DNA of 64,000 nucleotides. Source: the human T2T-CHM13v2.0 reference genome, Homo sapiens. The notes under the pieces were generated by a model, which did no database searches, was not told the origin of the DNA, and saw nothing but the letters and a program-made list of their open reading frames with translations. The position numbers and the translations under genes are program-made. The DNA is taken from the NCBI RefSeq assembly GCF_009914755.1, contig NC_060925.1; one strand, given 5' to 3'. Position 1 is the stretch's first letter; each line of letters begins with the position of its first letter. Positions 58,331 through 64,000 of this stretch are shown one piece after another.

Positions 58331-59859
58331 CATAGATTTATTATACCCATTTTTGGAGATAGGAAAATGGAGTCTCCAGGCATTTAAACAATATGCCTTC
58401 AACTCTAGAGTAAATGTGGAGCCAGCAGCCAGAGTCCAACTTCCTTGCTTCCAGAACCCATGCTCTTTCCACTACACAATGCTTCCCATCCAGGAACTCA
58501 AGCCAAATTAAATATTTACTTGGTGGGGAGAATAATTTGATGTTCTGGTTTTGTCCTTGTTCAGTAGTTTGGGATAATAAATTTTCCCTTTCCGTTCCAA
58601 CTGGCATTGAGGGGTAAATAAATATCGTTTAGTTTCTAGTTCGGTGTGCAGTACAGCCAGATTTTGAAAATTACATGACGAATTAGCATGGTAAAAAATT
58701 TAATAGTGGGAGGCTGAGAGTTAGGAGAAGTATTCGGTCCTGCCTCTGGTTGGTCACTTATCACGTACCTCCTGCACGCTTGATTTCCTCTTCTGTCAAA
58801 TGAGTAGTTGTACCAAATCTTTTATTTAGTCATTAAACATTTACTGAACATGTATGGGTGATTAACACTGGATGTTGGATGTTCGGAGAAAACCACAACA
58901 GTTTTAATACCAGCTACATTTAATTGGGCAAAAACAGTATACCAGATGCTGTCTTAGCTGGTCATGCCATTTAATTTGAAGAGCAAACCTAATAGGTGGC
59001 TATGATAAATCTATTCTGTCTCTGTGGGGTTGGAGGCATGTTGCTGAAATTCCCGTGAGGAAACAGGCTCAGACGGTTTGGATAATTTGTTCTGGGTTAC
59101 ACACATCTGACATACCTGAAGTCTGGAAAATCCAAAGCCCAGACCTTTGTCCCCACACTAGACTGCCTCTCTAGGTGAGCAGGAGTCCTGTTGCCCTCTG
59201 TGAGGGTCACCGTATTTGCAGCATGATGTGAAAGTAAATATTCAGTGACAGCACCAAAAGGGCTTTAATCTTTTTTGACTCTGCTTGCTTAGGTCTGGGA
59301 AGGTGTCTCAGACCAGCCCTCCTATTCTCTTTAAAGGTTAGCCGATGATTGCGTTTTCCCCTCACCCAGTACTTATGCTGCCCTGCCCAGAAAAAAAAAA
59401 TTGTTTGTTGAGCGGTGCTAGATTGGGAGGGACCAGCACCTCTGCAACATATTTCTTAACTTCAGTTTACTCCTTTGGCCTCCTTGGCGTGTGCGTCCAA
59501 AACCTTGGGCTAAAGTAAACTGGAGATTTGGCTTGTTCTCAGACAGGTGTTCCCATCAGGTCTTATAAACAAGGGGGAAAAAATCACTTTCTCAAGGACC
59601 CAACTTGAACTTGAAGAGGCCAGTTTGTTGAGACTGGGAGCGGAGCTTATAAAGGCACCGGGAGCTACCAGTGTCATAGCTGGATCTTTAATACCACAGC
59701 CATTTCCTGAAAATGTATAGCTTTGCAAAAGTCTTGTCACTTCCGAAGGCTTCAGAAATGCTGATTTGGAGGAGTTCCTATCATTAGGAATGGGACCCAG
59801 GTAGTCCCAAATGACATTATTTCTATGAATACATGTTCTTTTTGAAGGATTTTTAAAAA

Positions 59860-60020
59860 GTTACTATTTATTGAGCTCTTACTATATGCAAGAAATAAGT
59901 GCTATACTTGCATTGAGCCTCACAAAAACCAGTGAAGTAGCTATTATCACCTACATTTTATGAATAAGCAAATGGAGGCAAATCCAACCTCTCCAAGGCC
60001 ACCCTGCTGGTAAGTGGCAA
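59860..60020 (-). mobile_element. MIR
   Basis: atttattgagctcttactatatgc...cattttatgaataagcaaatggaggc...ctggtaagtggcaaag. Confidence 0.7.
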
Positions 60021-63000
60021 AGATTTTTTTTTTAACTCCCCATTTTATGTTTCCTTTATTTTTAACCCTAAAAACTTAAGAAAATTTCTACCCAGCATTT
60101 ATTTATTAAGATTATATTGTGCATCTGAGTCCAGAAATCCATCATTCAGTCAAGATGTTAGTTAATAATTATTGTTGAGAGTCATGGCATGTGGTGCTGC
60201 AGCCTTTACAGGCAAGGGCTGTTACCATGGCATTCGATATGCGTGACAGGCACCCTGGCTGTGACAGCCTGAAAAACGATATAGTCAGGAGGACCTGGGA
60301 GTCATTTATGTAATCATATTAGCATCACATTTATTCCATAAAGGCTCACTACTTTGACTCATGGCTTCAATTTCCACATTTAAACTCATCATTTTCAAGA
60401 TTGATTCTATTTAAATTTTCATCTTAAAAAATTCAGCGCATCAGTATTTGGGTACTCCCCCCTGCAGCAGTTTCAGAGATATATTTATAATTATTTTTAA
60501 ACAATTTAAGTCAGCAAATATAATTTTCTTGAGACATCATATGACAGAAAGACTCTTAGCATTAGTAGCTTTTCAAAAGTCTAGCAATTGGCATGTCAGT
60601 AAAATTCTAGCACAATGGTAGAGTAGAAATTTTAGGTTCACAGTATTTTATAGAATCTAACCCAATTTCCTGTTTTTTATGTGAGGGAAACTAAGCCTAG
60701 GGAGGAGGCTAAATGACTTCACCAGACTGTAGAGCTAGTTCGCACAGAGCTGCAATTTGATATTATTAGTTATTTAGGTTTTGTGATGTTTTGATTTATA
60801 CTTTCTGTACTTGATGATTGTACTGAAAAAGTATTTATTTGAATAAAGGAATATACCAGAATCGTATTTATGAAAATTCTCTCTTTGGACGTGATATAAA
60901 TGAACACTTCTTCAGAAAAACATCCAAAACAGCCTCACAGTTAGTAGCATATTTCGAAGTATTGAAAACTTATCTTCATCTCAGAATGCAACATTGCAAC
61001 TGTGTTTTAAACCCCAACAGTTGTTTTCCATTAAGTTATTTTAAAATTATTTTTTGAACAAGTATTTCTCAGTCTCATTCTCCAACACTACTTCATGCAA
61101 GTGCTATAGGGATTGCAAGACTGAATAAAACTGCCCCTCACAGGACTTTATAATCTTTTGGGGGAGGTAAGACACATGGGAAACTCAACGTCAGAGCCTC
61201 TCAAGCATCATACTAGAAGATGATGCTGTTCATTTGGTTCTTAGAGTTGTCACAGACCCTTGGGATGCTAATGGATTTCTAAATGGACTGCATTTTTTTC
61301 TTTGCGAAAAGGCTTAGGAACAGTTTAGGAAAGTGGGTGCCTGGCCCTGAGCATGTGGAATATAAACATTCTTAAAGCACCTATTTTATCATGTCACTCC
61401 CCAGTTAAAAATCCTTTTAACGGCTATTTATTTCTTGGCAAATATACATTTATTCATTTACCCATTCAAAAAAATATTTACTAAGTGCCTACCACATGCA
61501 TAAAAGCCAGCTCCTCTCCCTGGCTTGAAAACCCTGCACAGTCTATGTATTCCATTTAGTTCAGCTTTGTTTCCAAAAGTGCCCCTTATGAAGCTTGGCT
61601 TTCTGTTACCACATGTGACTTTGTATCATAATTATTGGCTTCAGGGCCTCTCTAGAATGTGAACTTTTTCAGGCAAGAAACAGCGTCTTTATCTTTGAAC
61701 ACCCCATTTCCAAATATGCAGGCCAATGTGTAGTGAGTCCTTTGTAAGTTGAGGCCAATGGGGCTAGAATGTAGGGTCCAAACGGGCAAGGATTTTCCTG
61801 TTATACCCTCTCTTGTATCTCTAGGGTCTAAACAGTACCTGGCCCAAAATGGGGCTTAATAAATATTTTCTTTATGAATGTATACTAAGCGCCAGACCCT
61901 CTTAGTGAATGCTCTGAAATGCTCTCACCCAAGCTTTTTTTCTCTTTTCCTATTTAAATCTTACCTCAAAGGCAAGTCCAAGTTTCTCCTCTGCTGAACT
62001 CTGACAGCACCTTGGGCCTGTGCCAAGCATACTGAGTTCATACCAGAGTCTGTATTGCATTGTTCACTGTTGCTTTTTATTTTTTTATTCCTAATTTCTC
62101 TTTCCAACTAAAGGGTGAGTTTCTTAAGGGTATGGGACCATATTTTATATAGCTTCTGACTCCTTTAGAAAGGACTTGATTGATTGCGTGAGACAGTAAT
62201 TAAACATCAGTCACTTAAGTCTGGAAGATTAAGCATCTCAGGTTTTCCAGTTCCCTTTGTCCTTAATGGATAGATTCCCAGAGACCTAAGCATTTGTGTG
62301 CATTCGTGTACACACAGAACACTGAATATTGAAGGCTTATATAAAGCACCACCCTCCAAGAATACATGTATGGCCGCTAAATACCTCCTTTTTTTTTTCC
62401 TTTAAAAGTGAAACAAAAATTGCCTTAATGGAGATCTAGGGGGTAGGGGTGGAGGCGTTTGGTGTTGGGAGAGTGAAAATAGGGGAGTGGAAATTTGGCA
62501 CCATCTGCAAAGAGTTTGGGCAACTCGACTTTCCATTTCTGAGAGGTTGCCATGTGCATTGTCATGAATATTACTTTTAGTCAAGTTATATTGGCTAACA
62601 GCGGACTCTTTCCAACATGTGGAACTAATTTATTTGACATTTTTCCTCTTACCCACTTTGAAAGCCAAAACAACAACAAAAACTCAGTAACCCTTCAGAA
62701 CCTTTATTGCATTTAGGGAAGTGTTTCCGTCTTGGTTTGCCTGCCTTTGTTCTCTGGGTTCATGTTTACTCACCCGCTCTCCTGGTTTTGAATGCTGTAA
62801 CAGGAAATCAAGTGATCAAGACTAGAAACTCTTCTCGCTGAGATGATTGCTTTAGATTTTCCCTGCTAAATCAGAGTGCAGGCTGTCCCTTTTTCCCTGT
62901 AATTTCTTTTGAGGGATGGAGTGAACCAAAATAGGCAGCCCTTTGTAAAGGTGACACTTGTCAGCAAATTGTGACTCTCCCACATGCTTTCTTAAAATTC

Positions 63001-63098
63001 AGAGCTCATGTTGGTTTGTAGGGTGTTAAAGTTAAATGCCACCGGACTAAGGAATTCATAATTTGAGTTCTTTGGCAAACTTGAAGTATCCAAGTGGC

Positions 63099-63150
63099 TG
63101 TGAGTGTGTGTGTGTGTGTGTGCACGCCCGCACGTGCACACGCACATACG
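63099..63150. repeat. (TG)n followed by CA-rich alternating purine-pyrimidine tract
   Basis: Directly visible. Confidence 0.9.
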
Positions 63151-63442
63151 AATACTTAAAGCTGAAAGAGGAGAGGGAAGGAAAAATGGAAGGAAAGACT
63201 TGTTAATTGTTGAGAGAAGGGGAACATTTTTTAGCCTAGGGAGAAAGGATATCTTCCTGTTTTTGCTAGCTGGTTGAGTACCCAACCAAAATAAAATAAT
63301 GATCTGTATAATGTAATGCTTAGGCTAGTGGATGGATACACAATGCTTATTCATGCTTTTTGTGTACAATCCACTGTGTTAAGGAATCATGGCATGGGCC
63401 AGTTGTCAAGGAATTAACAATAAGGTTAGGACCTAGAAATTC

Positions 63443-63570
63443 TAAAGACTGGAAGGAAATAAAGTAAAATGTAAACAATATTGGTTTTTATGGAGTAGTC
63501 AGATACAGATTTTTTCCCTTCTTTATATATTTTCAAATGTTTTGTAATGGACATATTACTTTGATTGTAG
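63443..63570 (+). mobile_element. L1ME 3' tip
   Basis: aaagactggaaggaaataaagtaaaatgtaaaca...tattttcaaatgttttgtaatggacatattacttt. Confidence 0.65.
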
Positions 63571-63647
63571 CATAGACAGTCTTTGCTATAGAACTTTAGA
63601 AAATGGAGAAATTGCCATTGGTAGGAGGTTGTTAACAATGAGGTGTG

Positions 63648-63953
63648 GGGCTGGGAGCAGTGGTTTACACCTGTAATCCCAGCACTTTGGGAGGCTGAAG
63701 TGGACAGATTGCTTGAGCCCGGAAATTCGAGACCAACCTGGACAACATAGCGACACCCTGTCTCTACCAAACAAAACAAAACAAAACCAACAAAAAAAAC
63801 AAAAATTAGCTAGGCGTGCTGGTACGCTCCTGTATTTCCAGCTACTCAGGAGGCTGAGGCGAGAGGATCACTGGAGCCTGGGAGGTCAAGTCTGCAATGA
63901 GATGTGATCATGCCACTGCACTCCATCCACCTGGGTGATAAGAAAACAAAAAC
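63648..63953 (+). mobile_element. AluJ with expanded middle (AAAAC)n
   Basis: gattgcttgagcccgg, ggatcactggagcctgggagg; TSD core aatgaggtg. Confidence 0.92.
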
Positions 63954-64000
63954 AGAATGAGGTGGGAGTTGAGTCAGTAAATATCTAAACAGGTATTTTT

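Overview
This window is human non-coding genomic DNA. The species call rests on a near-consensus, human-specific AluYb8. I recognise no protein-coding exon, RNA gene or pseudogene; the supplied ORFs are Alu-, LTR-, L1- or GC-repeat artefacts or short chance frames. Interspersed repeats dominate: about 15 Alu/FLAM copies, five MaLR LTRs (THE1/MST, MLT1), old L1M and L1PA 3' fragments, many MIR/L2/L3 relics and hAT DNA-transposon fossils (MER102, MER20, Charlie4a, MER5). There is one small CpG island, rich in GC boxes and potential G-quadruplexes, at about 27.5-28.1 kb. All LTRs and the longer L1s lie on the minus strand and the plus strand looks T/G-rich, suggesting a long intron of a plus-strand gene that I cannot name. 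I find no evidence for a new multi-gene system. The best leads are local: the young AluYb8, nested insertions with intact TSDs, the CpG island with candidate TE-derived exons, candidate microexon/recursive-splice motifs, an unexplained dispersed 26-bp repeat and a long TG/CA hairpin. Repeat subfamily names are from recalled consensus sequences, and boundaries of old elements are approximate.
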